Shown here piece after piece: positions 21,310 through 34,000 of a stretch of 64,000 nt of DNA. The DNA is taken from positions 3,882,747 through 3,946,746 of the forward strand of contig SMSO01000037.1 of NCBI GenBank assembly GCA_004764695.1. The letters run 5' to 3'. The stretch comes from Schizochytrium sp. TIO01. Taxonomy: Eukaryota; Protista; Bigyra: Labyrinthulomycetes. Within the stretch, counting starts at the first letter, position 1. Every line of letters begins with the position of its first letter. Under the pieces are notes generated by a model, which saw only the letters and a program-made list of their open reading frames with translations, had not been told where the DNA came from and did not search any database. The position numbers and the translations under genes are program-made.

Positions 21310-23523
21310 TTAATTTTGCAATACCTGGCTCGCAAAACGTAGAGTATTCAAGGACTCAAGAATGTGCTCCTGGTCTTGTGAAACTGCGCACAGCATAAGA
21401 GTTTTGCATGACTTTGACTCGAGAGCATCCTGCAACAGGTGTGTAAGCTTACTATCACGAAATGGGATGTGGTTTTGCTGGGTGGCAAGAGCACGTAAAA
21501 CGTTTTTCAAGGCTACAAGACTGGTATTGATGCTACATTGCTCCTTGAGCTGTTTTGCTGAACGGTCTGATCCAGCATGAGCAATTCGTTCTGAACCAGC
21601 AAGGTCCACGAGGTGCACATGGCTAGTCTTAGAGATTTCTCCAGAGTCTTTATCGATGTGGTCAATCATTAAGGTCAAGACAGTATGTGAGCGGGATGAA
21701 CGTTCGTTCGCACTTGTTCTTGCCACAGAACGGGACTTCTCTGCATGTGCAAGGAGCTCGTGAGCGTGTTTGATGTCCTCAATTGGAATCTCCTGAAGCC
21801 CTTCAATCTGGGGAGTACCTCGACGTGGATCGATTCGTAGCCTTAGTTTGCCTCCTGGTGCTGATTTTGTGCCTGGGCCCTTGGACTCACTGTTAATCGC
21901 ACGTTTCGAGCCCCGTGTTTGCTTTGCAGCCAAAAGATCCCGCAACTCCTCGTTATAGATTTCCAAAAGACTAAGTCTCATTTTATGCCGCATTGTCTTG
22001 GAGAGTTGCTGTTTGCACTGCTCAGCGATGGTTTCAAGAGCACGAGGAATGATTCCATGATCGCCGCTACCAAGGTTACTCATGGTATGAGTTTTCCCAG
22101 AACCAGTTTGGCCGTATGCAAAGATGCATACATTGAAGCCGTCGAGAGCACTTTGAATTAAGCCTTGAACCTCCGCAAAAACGTCCTCCTGTGATGCCGA
22201 CTCTGGAAAGACACAGTCAAAGTTGAAAGTGTTGAGTTTGCTAGCTTCAGAGCGGCCATCCACAGATTTTACTGGCGGGGCTCGGACACGCAAATCTCCA
22301 ATACTTCCACCTGATGTAGTGTCAAAAGCATCACTACCGGAGCCCGGACGAAGGCGGCAGAATACCCGCATGTTACCTCGCCGAGTCATGTGATCCTCAT
22401 GAAGTTGGCGACGAGTCGTTTCAGACTTTAGTAACGCAGTTTCAAGAGCAAAGCAGCGAGCCTCCAAAGCACTTTGGCGCAGCCTAGTACTTTGCATATC
22501 TTCCAATGCCATTAAGAATGCATTCTCCCACATGCTTGCCTTTTCAGCCTTCTTTGCATAGTCTTTGTTGCGCTTCTCAAGCCAATTTGTATGCACTTGC
22601 AAAGCAGATCTTGCAGCTACTTGTGCTTGCACGCTTGCTTCTAGAGCATCGAGGTCTCTCCGTGGGCGTTTGCTAGATTGTTGTTGATCTCGCTGCGGTG
22701 GTGCTGGCAAAGACGAGATCGACTTATGGCTTTGCTCTACAGAATCATCCTCCAAATCTAACGAGTTCCGTTTCGCTGGGCGTTCTCGAAGCTTATTCAG
22801 GGAGTTTTGGGAAGAGGCTTGCTGCAACGTTTTGCTTTTTGCCTGCCTTTCCAGCTGCTTCTTAGCAACGTGAGCTTTACGCGCCCTTGAAATCTCCAGT
22901 ATAGCCGCTTGTGGCTTTGTGGTTTCTTCATCCATTTCTGGTTGATCGTCAGTATAATTTTTGTTGCGGCCCTTCTTGTTGTCTCCAGTTCTAGTCTCAG
23001 GCACCAACATATATTCTTGAAGTAGCTCCTCATCCTGATCCTCCTCGTCGATGACTGCTTTCCTAGCTGGAGAGTCTGGCACAGCTTTTTCTGGTAGGGC
23101 ATCTCTACGCTCTGGACTGTGCTGCTTCTTCCTGACTTTGCTTCGTGGCTCAGCTGGTTGATGTTTGCGAGGTTTTGTAGATTTATTCTTGCCTTGCTGA
23201 GTTCTGGTAGCAGAGACGCGCTGGTTGGCCTGTGCCGCTGCATTTTCTGCATTTTCCAACTGCTCTCCGTCGTGGTCTGGGTCCATTCTAGCTCTGAACT
23301 CTTGCATAGGATTCTGGCTTCTGTTTGTATCTTCGACCTCAATCTCATCTCCTTCAAGAGCGAGCGCACTCATAGCCTCTTCAGGCGCAGAGGGAGACTC
23401 CGATGTGGCATTAGCCTGGTTGGTCTTGCCACCTTCCCATAAGTTGTGCAACGTGCATCTCCGGCGAGGATTGCGACGCACAGTATCATCCTGAGACCCA
23501 GACTTCTTCGCATGACCGCCCAT
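21310..23523 (-). CDS. Kinesin-14 family (KIFC1/Ncd/Kar3-like) C-terminal motor protein
   Basis: Disordered tail, coiled coil, neck RRQLHEDHMTRRGNMRVFCRLRP, then ALDGFNVCIFAYGQTGSGKT, LEIYNE, NERSSRSH, LVDLAGSER, HIPFRDSKLTHLLQ, ESLNTLRFA at the C-terminus. Confidence 0.96.
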   Translation of the reverse strand: MGGHAKKSGSQDDTVRRNPRRRCTLHNLWEGGKTNQANATSESPSAPEEAMSALALEGDEIEVEDTNRSQNPMQEFRARMDPDHDGEQLENAENAAAQANQRVSATRTQQGKNKSTKPRKHQPAEPRSKVRKKQHSPERRDALPEKAVPDSPARKAVIDEEDQDEELLQEYMLVPETRTGDNKKGRNKNYTDDQPEMDEETTKPQAAILEISRARKAHVAKKQLERQAKSKTLQQASSQNSLNKLRERPAKRNSLDLEDDSVEQSHKSISSLPAPPQRDQQQSSKRPRRDLDALEASVQAQVAARSALQVHTNWLEKRNKDYAKKAEKASMWENAFLMALEDMQSTRLRQSALEARCFALETALLKSETTRRQLHEDHMTRRGNMRVFCRLRPGSGSDAFDTTSGGSIGDLRVRAPPVKSVDGRSEASKLNTFNFDCVFPESASQEDVFAEVQGLIQSALDGFNVCIFAYGQTGSGKTHTMSNLGSGDHGIIPRALETIAEQCKQQLSKTMRHKMRLSLLEIYNEELRDLLAAKQTRGSKRAINSESKGPGTKSAPGGKLRLRIDPRRGTPQIEGLQEIPIEDIKHAHELLAHAEKSRSVARTSANERSSRSHTVLTLMIDHIDKDSGEISKTSHVHLVDLAGSERIAHAGSDRSAKQLKEQCSINTSLVALKNVLRALATQQNHIPFRDSKLTHLLQDALESKSCKTLMLCAVSQDQEHILESLNTLRFASQVLQN

Positions 23524-26500
23524 GGTGATCGCTCCTGGCCCTCAGGTCGCAGTGGTTAGACGAAGTGAACTGCAATGATGAGAATCGATGCTATAAAAAC
23601 TGGAATAGTTGATTCTGATCCCTCGACCGTTGCACAAGAGGGGTCCCCAAACTATAGAGCGTGTGTGCTAGCACGTGGGTGTGCACGGGGACTACATGAG
23701 AGTGCAATTTTTGCGTGTAGTAGGTCCTAGCTGCCGGACTTTGATCTGGTACCTAAGTCATTCAAGCTGTAGTGCTAGGATACCGTTTGCTTGTGGCCGA
23801 TATTTTGAATAAGATCAAGAGCGTTCTTGCTTTTCGCTTCGGCTTCGTGTTTGTTCAGGGTTTACTCATTTACTCACTCATTTACTCACCTTTTATTTTA
23901 TTTATGTTTTAATTTAAAAAAAGAAGAGAGAGCAATACAAATAAAATTAGACAGCACTAAAGATATCGGGCTGACTCGACATGAACTTCCATGAATAAGC
24001 ATGCTCGAAGCGAACATACACGTGGCGCTTGGTTGGTATGATAACGTGTTGCATCTAGTCCTTGAGTAGTCACTACTCAGTTCAAGAGACAGGCAATGTC
24101 GCTTTCCCCCCTCGGGTAATGAAGTACACAATTATACACAAAGCAGGTACCTTTCTCCGTCCCCAGATCGAAATTTTAGGTAATTCTATGAATTTCAAAA
24201 TAAACAAAAAGAGCCTAATAGCGAAACCTAAATTTTCATTTCGCAGTCTTGGGCCGACAAAAGCTCTACTTAAAGAGTATTTTGGCAGTTCTTTATTCAT
24301 AAAACCACTCGACCATGCTTGTTTCAGACAGAGCATTGGGGGCAAGACGCGTTTATGACCATGAGAGAAGTTCCTGGAGGTTGATCAGAGCACACTTGAA
24401 GCAGACGTTGGCCTGAACAGCTCAAAAGTCTCTTGCGACAACAAATGTTGTAAGAGTTCTTGCAAGCTAAGACGATAATGAAGTGCATCATGTCGAGTCG
24501 CTTTCTTATCTGCTCTTGTCTCAAAGACTGTTTTCGATTAATTCTGTACAGCATCTTAGAGTTAACGACATGCTGCATAATTTCGCTGGCCCAAAGTCCA
24601 TAAAAATTCGATTAGTAGAGAGACACGCAGCTTGCTCGATATGCCTATACTCACGTGAGCGATTTATTGAAAAGGCAATGACGGAGCTGGGGGCGAATTG
24701 AAAGAAACTCAACTCAATTTGGCCCTTAAGCTCAAGGGCATATTGATGCAGGTACGCCTGATGAGACACTCGAATGCTCATCACGTGTGTCGGCTTTGAC
24801 ACACCAACATGCGCTTAAGTGAAGAGAATCTGAAATTAGATTGAGAAGGAAGCACAAGCAACGTGTAATGCGTAGTCTGAAGAATGTCCGAAGGCAACAT
24901 GTAAGGGTGGATTTGGCAATGCAACCTTTGATTCGCCGTTTTGGCAAACACTCGTTATGCTTATTTGCTTAATATAGAAAATAGCTTAAGTATATCGAAT
25001 AGATATGGATAGAACTCTGAGAGTCAGAGTCAATGCTCTCTGGATATAATGTAACCTTTGATGCATTGAGAAGCTCTTTCCAAAAATAGAACTAATGAAT
25101 AAGTCAAGAAAAATAAAGGTAACAGAGCTCAACACTTCTCCCCAGTTACCTTTCCAAATCCTTTCCAAACTTGAAAGCAAAGATAACATATCTCACTTAT
25201 GTAGAAGGACATGGCATTTTATCACATTTTGTGCCGGGAGGAGTCAAGGAAGCAGGTCTTCGATTTTTTTTGGGGGGGAAAGGCGACGTTTGTCGTTTCA
25301 AATCTTGCCATGGTCTTTTTCGTCACAGCTAGAAGCGTTTGCAATAGCACTCGTTCCTTTCCTCACCAGAGGGGCGGCTTTCCAGTTCCTTGGACGGCTC
25401 TTTTGCCTTTCCTGTGAGAACGAACGGGCTCTAAATTTCAATCCCTCACGACAGAGCACTTCTTTGGAGACCCTAAATGTCGGAGCAAGTAACGAAATTC
25501 TCCGCTGCCAGTAATGGTCGAGGAGATCAGACGCTGCGCGGGTCATGAGATCACGTCTCTACTTCGATGCGACATCGTTTGTCATTTCAGCAAGATGGGT
25601 TGTAGCCTTAATACGCAATCTACGCAGCTTCGTAATTAAGGAAGCCTCTTTACTTCTTACACAGTGGCACGGTAATACCTGTCTGTTACAAAAGGCACGA
25701 ATTAAAAACTTCAGGCTCATGGTAGAAACACCAGAAAACAGAAATTTTGCGTCCCCTAGAGAAAGAAGCTGGTGCAATACTACACAGCTGGGTTGACTAT
25801 ATAAAATTCAGCAGAGCGTCATGCTTCTAAGGGTGCGTAATACCACAAAAGAGGGGGTGTGAGTTCCATCTGTTCTAAAAAGCAGTGAATCTCATCACTT
25901 GCGTAGAGCCAAACTTTGTTCTCTATTGCAAGTCAAGATCGAGGTTCGCGATGTCGCCCAAGCGCGTACGAGCTACTCCGCTCGCTCCCTCGCCGGTTTT
26001 CCGACCCGGATAAACTTGCATGAAGCTGCAGTCCCACTCTTGCTCGCTATTCCAGCTCAATGATCCGGCTATGCCTACTGGTTTGTTTGTCCTGTCCTAC
26101 GGTCCAGCCCGGCAGTGCGAGCTTGAGAAGGCGCGGAGGCTTTCCTTACAGCCCAAGCTTATAGTGCGCTCGAGCAGCGTGAAAGGCCAAGCAGATGGAG
26201 ATAGGCCCGCTCACAGGGACTATCGATCGGGCCTGTCAACGCAACCAAACAGCCGCTCCGCCAGCCTACAGCTCCCTGCGCAGACCGCTTAGTAGAGGTC
26301 AAGTCAAGGCTTATTCAGCTTGCGCTCCATCTTCGAATATTTCCTTCGAAAGTCACCCGATTTGAGAGCCGTGTAGTAGGTGGTAGGCATTTGTTCTAAA
26401 GACCAAGATTCTAGAAACCTCAGCAAGGCATCACGCGGCAGTCGAGCTTCATCTGCGTATAATTACAATTCATGCAAAGAGGCGGGATAGCGCATGTTCG

Positions 26501-27644
26501 TCTCAACTCGTTCCAACCCGTGCAGGTTGGTATCTACTACCTCCCTCCCTAGCAGTGAAGATATTACTTTCATTATAACTATGACTTGAAAAGGTTCTGC
26601 TCTTTCGACGATGTCTGCGCACGCCTGGGGGCTGCTGCTTTAGAACACATGACGCTTCAAACAGAACTAGCTTTTGCGTTTCTTTGATTCTTGAGCTATT
26701 GGTGCAAAACGGCGCATTCGAGACTGGGACACACACAGTGGAGAACACAGCCGCAGCACAAAGGCAAGAAAAGTCAACTTGAGACACACCATTCTCATCA
26801 AAACTCTGGTACCAATCAGGTATGTAGGTACCCAGAAGCGACAACAACATCATCAAACTCATCGACTACTACCGTGCCAAGTACTGGGTAGAGTAGGCGG
26901 AGTGAGCCAAGAGAGGAAAGCAGCCAGGAAACCCACCCTCAGAGAAATAAATACCTGGATCCCAAAGCTTTTATGAAGAACTCGACTCAGTTGCACAAAA
27001 ACTGAACTTGGGATTCGTACGTAAAGACATGATGAGGAATCTCCGTCCTCCGTACTGGGCTTCATTCGTTTAAAGCTGTGCGTTGTTTGCAAAGTGACCA
27101 TTGCCCAACAGACACGCAATGATGTTTTTGACGTTGTCCTGGCATGGCAAAGAGTCTAAGATCTTTTCGTATGTTTAACTTATTGTTATTACTATGAGTA
27201 TTCTTATTAGTGATAGTGATATTAAAATTACTATCATTACTATTAATAGTAGTCTGAGCATTCTTATTAGTGGCATTAAAATTACTATAATTACTACAAT
27301 TACTTAGTAGGATCAATATTTAACTGAATGTTATGGTATTTGACGCAATTGTTAATTATTTTTAAAACCAACATTTAAAAAAGAAGGAAAAAAAGAGAGG
27401 AAGGTCAGGAACAGTACTGTATTATAGACTGTTAGAGGTGCAACCATTATCCCCTCGGCTGCCTGAAAGAATCCTTCTTCGATTTCGCATATGCGTCAGA
27501 CAGGTCTGCGCCCTTTTCCATCATATGGTGGTTTTCTTTTTACAAGGCGGAAGTTGGAAAAAGCAAGGAAAAGACTGCGTCTTATTCTAAACTTTTTAGG
27601 TACTGCAGGTACTATCCTAGTAGTACGAAAAGTTAACACTTTCC

Positions 27645-28938
27645 TAAGAAGAAAAGGTGAGAAATAGTTACAGTAAAAGAAAAAAAGAGAAACAAAAATG
27701 TAAAGAATGTTTTATTATTTAATTAAAATATTAGATACAATAAATATAAATGTAGAGACTCATGTAAAATATGCGGTGCGTAAAGTAGTGAGCTCCTTTT
27801 ACAGTTCTATCTGTCAGTAAACCCCCGCCTTCTTTGAACAGGCGGATATAGATCTCAAAGTATTTCCGAAAAAAGAGAAGAGCCCCACAATAAAAAAACA
27901 TCGATTAACAGATATTAGTTCATTCTTTCAGTTTAAAAAAACATTAAAAAAAAAAAAAAAACAATAAAAAAGCTTCTCTTTCACATCTCACAAGCTTACT
28001 AGGCCCCTCCCTACCCAGCTGGCCCTTGGAGACCCAGAGCATCAAATCTCTCTCCGCAACTTTGCCTTCAATAACTTCGTTTCTAAGCTTTACTCGCTTA
28101 TCATTTGACGTCAACGCTCACGCAAAGGAAGCTCGCAGCCAGCAAGCACAACCAGCGCGCTTACTACCTTCGGTAGTGTCCTTTAAGTAAAAATATTTCC
28201 TAAGGAAAACCTTGGCCTCGACTACACCCGCCGCGCGACCGATCGGCGTCTCAAATGTGGGCTGCAATGCTTCTCCCAGGACGCCAAAATATAAGAAGAA
28301 AAGGTGAGAAATAGTTACAGTAAAAGAAAAAGAGAAACAAAAATGTAAAGAATGTTTTATTATTTAATTAAAATATTAGATACAATAAATATAAATGTAG
28401 AGACTCATGTAAAATATGCGGTGCGTAAAGTAGTGAGCTCCTTTTACAGTTCTATCTGTCAGTAAACCCCCGCCTTCTTTGAACAGGCGGATATAGATCT
28501 CAAAGTATTTCCGAAAAAAGAGAAGAGCCCCACAATAAAAAAACATCGATTAACAGATATTAGTTCATTCTTTCAATTATAAAAACATTAAAAAAAACAA
28601 TTAAAAACAATAAAAAAGCTTCTCTTTCACATCTCACAAGCTTACTAGGCCCCTCCCTACCCAGCTGGCCCTTGGAGACCCAGAGCATCAAATCTCTCTC
28701 CGCAACTTTGCCTTCAATGACTTCGTTTCTAAGGTTTACTCGCTTATCATTTGACGTCAACGCTCACGCAAAGGAAGCTCGCAGCCAGCAAGCACAGCCA
28801 GCGCGCTTACTACCTTCGGTAGTGTCCTTTAAGTAAAAATATTTCCTAAGGAAAGCCTTGGCCTCGACTACACCCGTCACGCGACCGATCGGCGTCTCAA
28901 ATGTGGGCTGCAATGCTTCTCCCAGGACGCCAAAATAT
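27645..28938. repeat. Head-to-tail tandem duplication of a 647-bp non-coding unit
   Basis: Copy 1 is 27645-28291 and copy 2 is 28292-28938. Both start taagaagaaaaggtgagaaatag and end cccaggacgccaaaatat, with only a handful of substitutions and A-run differences. Confidence 0.97.
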
Positions 28939-30045
28939 GATTGATTACCTCGTGCTCGCTCCGGCAACTAACTGACTGACTGACTGACTGCCTGACTCTG
29001 CGTCGTAAGAGCGCATATTCACGCAGAGAGATAAGATTTTCTAGCATGCTCAATATGCAAACTGCTATGCAAAATTGAGCTGTCGCCGTGCCTGTTTAGG
29101 CGATTTAGATGACCCCAACATATTTCCTTTTCTGTGAGGGGGTAAAAACTCTCAAGTCAGAGCAACCCTGCTACAAGTTAATTATTAAAAAAGAAAAGAA
29201 AACCATACAAAACAGGAATAGCTAGCTATGCAGCTATGCAGCTAACTAGCTAGCCGCTGTGCTTACTTAAAAAAAAACGACAAAGGGAAAGAGCTCGAGG
29301 TCAACTAAACTTCACTCTCAGTAGTCAGAGATGATCAGTTGATTATTTTAGTTTAAAAAAGAAAAGAAAAGAAAAGAAAAAGCAAGTTGGGTACCCAAAA
29401 AAACTCAAGACAAAACGATTATTTATCGAGTTGAGCTTTGAGTTGTTGGAGTATGTACTCGAAGTTGCTTGCCTTCCTGCAGTGAGTGCAACTGACTTAG
29501 TTCTCCCTTGCTCGACCTGGCTAGGTCTCCAACTAATCTTTTGCGTTAGGGGCCTGCAGGCTGCTTGCTTGCAGAGGGTTTTCGTCGCGAATGCAACAGG
29601 TATCTGCTGCAGAAGGGTATTGGGAACGCTGTGGTATGGTCTTCATGGCAGGAACGGATATCACTTGTGGGCAGAGGGTCTTCTCTGGAGGCAATCGGTG
29701 TGGTGGTAGAAACCGCCTGTTGTCGAAGCCACTATCGAAACGCTCAAGCACGGCTACAACAGAGCTGTGGAGTATCCTGCATAAGTTCGCGATGTGTATT
29801 GAATGAAGAATGAATGCGAAGCGGGGACCGACGTAGAGCAACTGACTTTACGGAGAAGAGTCCGCCCGTTCTCTGAGTAATCTTCACAATATGCGGATTT
29901 TCTCTCTCTTCCTAAAAATATTTATCATGTTTTTTTCTTTCTGATGAAAAACTCTTGAATGAAAGAAGAATAAAAATGATTTAGACATGCAACGGGGCAA
30001 AGCGTTCAAAGTGTAGCGTAATATTGTTAGTTAATGTACAGACCA

Positions 30046-30239
30046 GACGACTGGCCAACAAACGTTTGCAAAGTGGCACGCGCGGCTCTTAAGATTTGCA
30101 GCTGTGGCTGCTAGTCCTGATTTCTCGACCGGCAAGATAAAATGCTTTTTTGAAAAAATGTCTTTTGAAACTAAATAACTTGCAAACTTCCAGTCTTAAA
30201 AGTGAGCAGACTAATAACTTGCTTTTCATATGGCTAAAC
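30046..30239 (+). mobile_element. Eroded hAT transposase C-terminal dimerisation-domain fossil
   Basis: Three consecutive blocks in shifting frames: DDWPTNVCKVARAAL / AASPDFSTGKIKCFFEKM / LQTSSLKSEQTNNLLFIWLN. They resemble the hAT consensus (P.L.k.A...L..P.Sta.vER.FS.m......RssL..e....Ll.i..N). Recognised by eye only. Confidence 0.4.
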
Positions 30240-30420
30240 ATGGCGCTATGGCAAGCGAGATGAATTAACTTTTTGTTTTTACATAGATCTTTCTTCAAGA
30301 AAGTTCAAGATAGTGTTGTCTCCACTAGTTGAACGACTCAGAGGAAGATGGTTTCCTAATGCTATTAGTACGGAGACGATAGTTTATCATTGTATCGCCT
30401 TTCAAAATCATTTGTGGGTC

Positions 30421-31002
30421 TATAATATTCTTATTAAAAATACAGTTGGCTATTTCTATTTGACAGTCCAAGCGGAAGTCGATTTTGTTGTTGCAACGCT
30501 ATCCAATGAAATTCCTTCCAAAACAAAGCAAAAATTACGAGGGTGTATTTACAGATTAAGCATTTGCCTTGAGTACAATTTATTTAATCAAGGCGCTGCT
30601 GCACCTCTCATCAGTTTGGCCGAAGTATGTCAATAACTTGTTTACTCTATGGAGAGAGTATGGAATGTTGAGCACATATAACAATACCGTAAAACCGTTG
30701 AATCTTGCAGTCATAGCTTCCTCGGTTTGACCAGTGATAGTATTTCAATCATATTAATTTACTTTGAGTAGATCTGCGGTTGGGATAATGCAGCGGCTTA
30801 AGAAACAACGGAAGATTGGTGGATTATAGACGTAGGCAAAATCCGCACTTTCTTTTTTTTCATTTCAAAATTGTGTTGGTCATTCATATTTTGCTCGCAC
30901 TTGAATGAATCTATATATTGTGGTGACTTTGAGATGTTTGTCCCTCAGTAAAGCACTGACCTTAATGTTGATGCCGGAGTGTTCTGGACAATAGTAGGGT
31001 GA
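30421..31002 (+). mobile_element. Eroded Tc1/mariner (plant/oomycete-type mariner) transposase fossil
   Basis: One frame with stops reads YNIL....GYFYLT...NEIPSKTKQK ... GWDNAAA* ... FVPQ*STDLNVDAGVFW. This resembles, in order, the family motifs DEKWFYLT, QDNA..H and PPNSPDLNVLDLGFF. Confidence 0.45.
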
Positions 31003-34000
31003 CATTCTCAACGCTACATTACGTTTAATTAAAATACAAAAGTAAAAAGTTACATATGTAAGAAAAAAGACGTCATATATATTAAGATTATATATTATTA
31101 ACAAAAAAAGGAGACAAATTTATTCTACAAGAACAAGAACAAGAACTAAACTAACAAAAACAAATCGCTTCTAGTAGAACATAGACTCTTATACTAGGCT
31201 TTACAAGAGTGGGCGCTCCCCAATTTTTACCGCCAGTGGGATTTCTCTGCGTGCGTCTATTTTAATTTTTAAACTATAGGAACATACCTCTAGCTAGGTA
31301 CTCCCAGTGCTAATGAAAAAGTTGGAACCGACCTCGTCGAAAACCTTGCCTCGGATCTCTTCTACTACTACCTACCTTCAAGCTTAGTAGCTAGCTCGGA
31401 GCTTGAGCTTGAGCTGGAGGTGGAGAGAGAGATACGTACGCCAAGAAGTATGATGGCAAGCCCAATTCCAATTTCAGTGTTATGCAAAATAATAGGAGGA
31501 CCTCTTAATGCCCCTCGAAGGTTTCAACTCTCTCTAAATTAAGGGAAACGCGGCTCATTGATTGATTGATTGATTGATTGATTGATATACTGATTGACTG
31601 ATTTATTTGTTTATTCATTTTTTGATTGATTCGGAAATCAATGAATTTTGTTAGATCTAGCAATAATTAGGGTTCGCTAGGACCAAAAAGTGAGCTCGGG
31701 ACGCTCCAGCTAAGCGGATAAGTCTTCGCGATGGCGTTCCGATGTCTTGTGAGGCAAGTTCGCTCAGCAAGCCAGCCAGCCGGCAAGCCGTGCTGCATAC
31801 TGTTTGTAGGCACGCAGGAGATCTCTGACTGAGCCTGCGCCATTCAGGACGATCTCTGACTTCCAGACGAGTTCCTTGGAAAGCCTTCTGGCAATGCAAA
31901 TTGGTACCTGCTTAAGTAGCGCCTATAGACACTACGATGGCTAAGTCAGTTCCTTCAATTCAGAGCGATGCTTTAACCTTCTGAGGAAGACTAAACTAAA
32001 CTAAACTAATGCATTGCTCAGCTCAGAGTGAGAGGAAATTCTCCAAGTGTACTGTTAGTGTGAAAACTGGCGCTGCTACGGCATCCTTAGGCTTGCGCAT
32101 TCTGTAATTGCTAGAAGGTAGACACCTCGTCCGATCTTCCGAGAAGCAGCCTGCTGCTATTGGGCCCTTAAATTTGGTTTTGGGGGCTCTGCTTTTCGTT
32201 TCCAATAGTTTACTCTTGATTTAAGAAAATTTGAATGACATGAAATTGCCTTAGACATGTGCAGACATTCTGCTTTTTTGACCCTAATTCTACAGACCTG
32301 GCTTGTGCTTTCTGAGGCGAAGTTATTATTTTGGACAACAATTCAAGTCTTTGGTAGATCGAGAACGGTCAGCCTGGCGAGTTTTCCTCTCATTTTCGGC
32401 TCAGAATTAGTACAGGAGTTGCGATGTATGTGTCCGCAAGGGTAGCATTTCAATGAATTTAGCAGCAAAATAAATTTAGCCATTTATTGTTTACATATAG
32501 TTGTTACCATAAGGCGATATATGCGTTCGGATTGATCGTTTCTACACATGGCTATCTGCAACAACTGCTAGGAACGATTTCCCCACATGAGTAATTCGAC
32601 AGGTCGGCTGTCATTCAGGTTCCTGATGTCATCATAGAGTGGTGGCGATGAGACTCCGAGAGGAACAATCTCCACGACGTATAACCAATGGCTTGCCAAC
32701 GGAAGAAATATCGAGTGGGGGCGAATCTTAAATTTGCACTTTTATTAAGACTTTGTATGGCAGGAAAAGAAACGAATGTCTCACACGCAAAGTTGAATTG
32801 TGAAATTAAACAAATCCACAAGCTACGTTGCAGTGAGAGTTCGCTCTTTACCGATTTCAGAAATTAAATTAGTTGTTATTGGCTCTTCAGACTCTTTTCT
32901 ATAGCTAGCTGTTACAGATAACACCAGCAGATATTCTTAAGGGGTCTTGAACCAATCATCTGTAAAACAAGCAAACAAACAAAATACTAAAAAAGGAAAG
33001 CTAACATAAAAAACTAATCGAGTTCTTGCTTACAAAGAAATAAAAGCCAAACGACCTTAGTTAAGGTTGCCCATGGCTAGTCGATCGAGCCTATCAGTCT
33101 AGAGCGTAGAGCAAACGTCCCACTCTTCCACTGTAACTTCCACTGGATCTTAGCTCGCGACGCATCGCAGCGGAGCTGTGTTACACCCTTTCTCCCCCTT
33201 CCAACTCATCCATCCACATATATAATCGTTCACTATGGAAGAGTGAGTGCAACTACATTTTCGGGGCAGAACTTGGCTTGCGGGTGATCAGTGCTTCCTC
33301 GGCCGCTCGGTCCATATGGCAATCAATCAATCAATCTATTGACCAATCAACCAACCAACCAATCAATCAATCAGCCAACGAGACAGCCAGCAGCTCTTCC
33401 GGCGGCGACGATCCCAGAGTCATCCGACCCGCGGAGTTCACAGCACCACGGTCACTCCTTCGAAGGTGCTCTATCCCTCCATCTATCATCTATCAATCAC
33501 CAACTGCGGTTGCTACACTCGGACCTCCGTCCTGGCCTTTTCTGCACACAATTTCCAACCTGCAGACCGCCTCTTGTTTTTGCTGGCGGGCCTGTCAAAC
33601 AATCTATGTCAAGTCGCCGATTCGAGTGGCAGAGAAGATCTCCGCCTCCCTCAGACTTGCACTTCTTCTGTTTCTCGCTCGTGTGGGCGAATGATTATTG
33701 CGCAGAAGCATGTTGGAGGAGCTCATTGCTGAGGCGTGCTTGTTCTTAGACCTTCTTATGAAACTACGGTGCCTCCGCCTCGGCAGGTGCCGTCCCTGGA
33801 ATGCACAAGGATCGTAGGCAAAAAAGGCTGTGCAATGAAATTGATCTATCTCCTTCCAGGTTCGCCAACTCTGGCACAAGGTATGCTGTTCTATCCACCT
33901 GTCTATCGATCCAACCATCGTGATTATGGCGGATCTCATTTGTTTGTTGATTTGCTCATTCAACGTTCTGCGGTGCCAAGTTCATTCATGCAGAACAATC

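Noticed and set aside
24324-24578. ORF ending TSLMVINASCPQC, considered as a Fanzor/TnpB zinc-finger remnant
   Set aside because: No RuvC motifs, no second CxxC and no DxNAA motif nearby.
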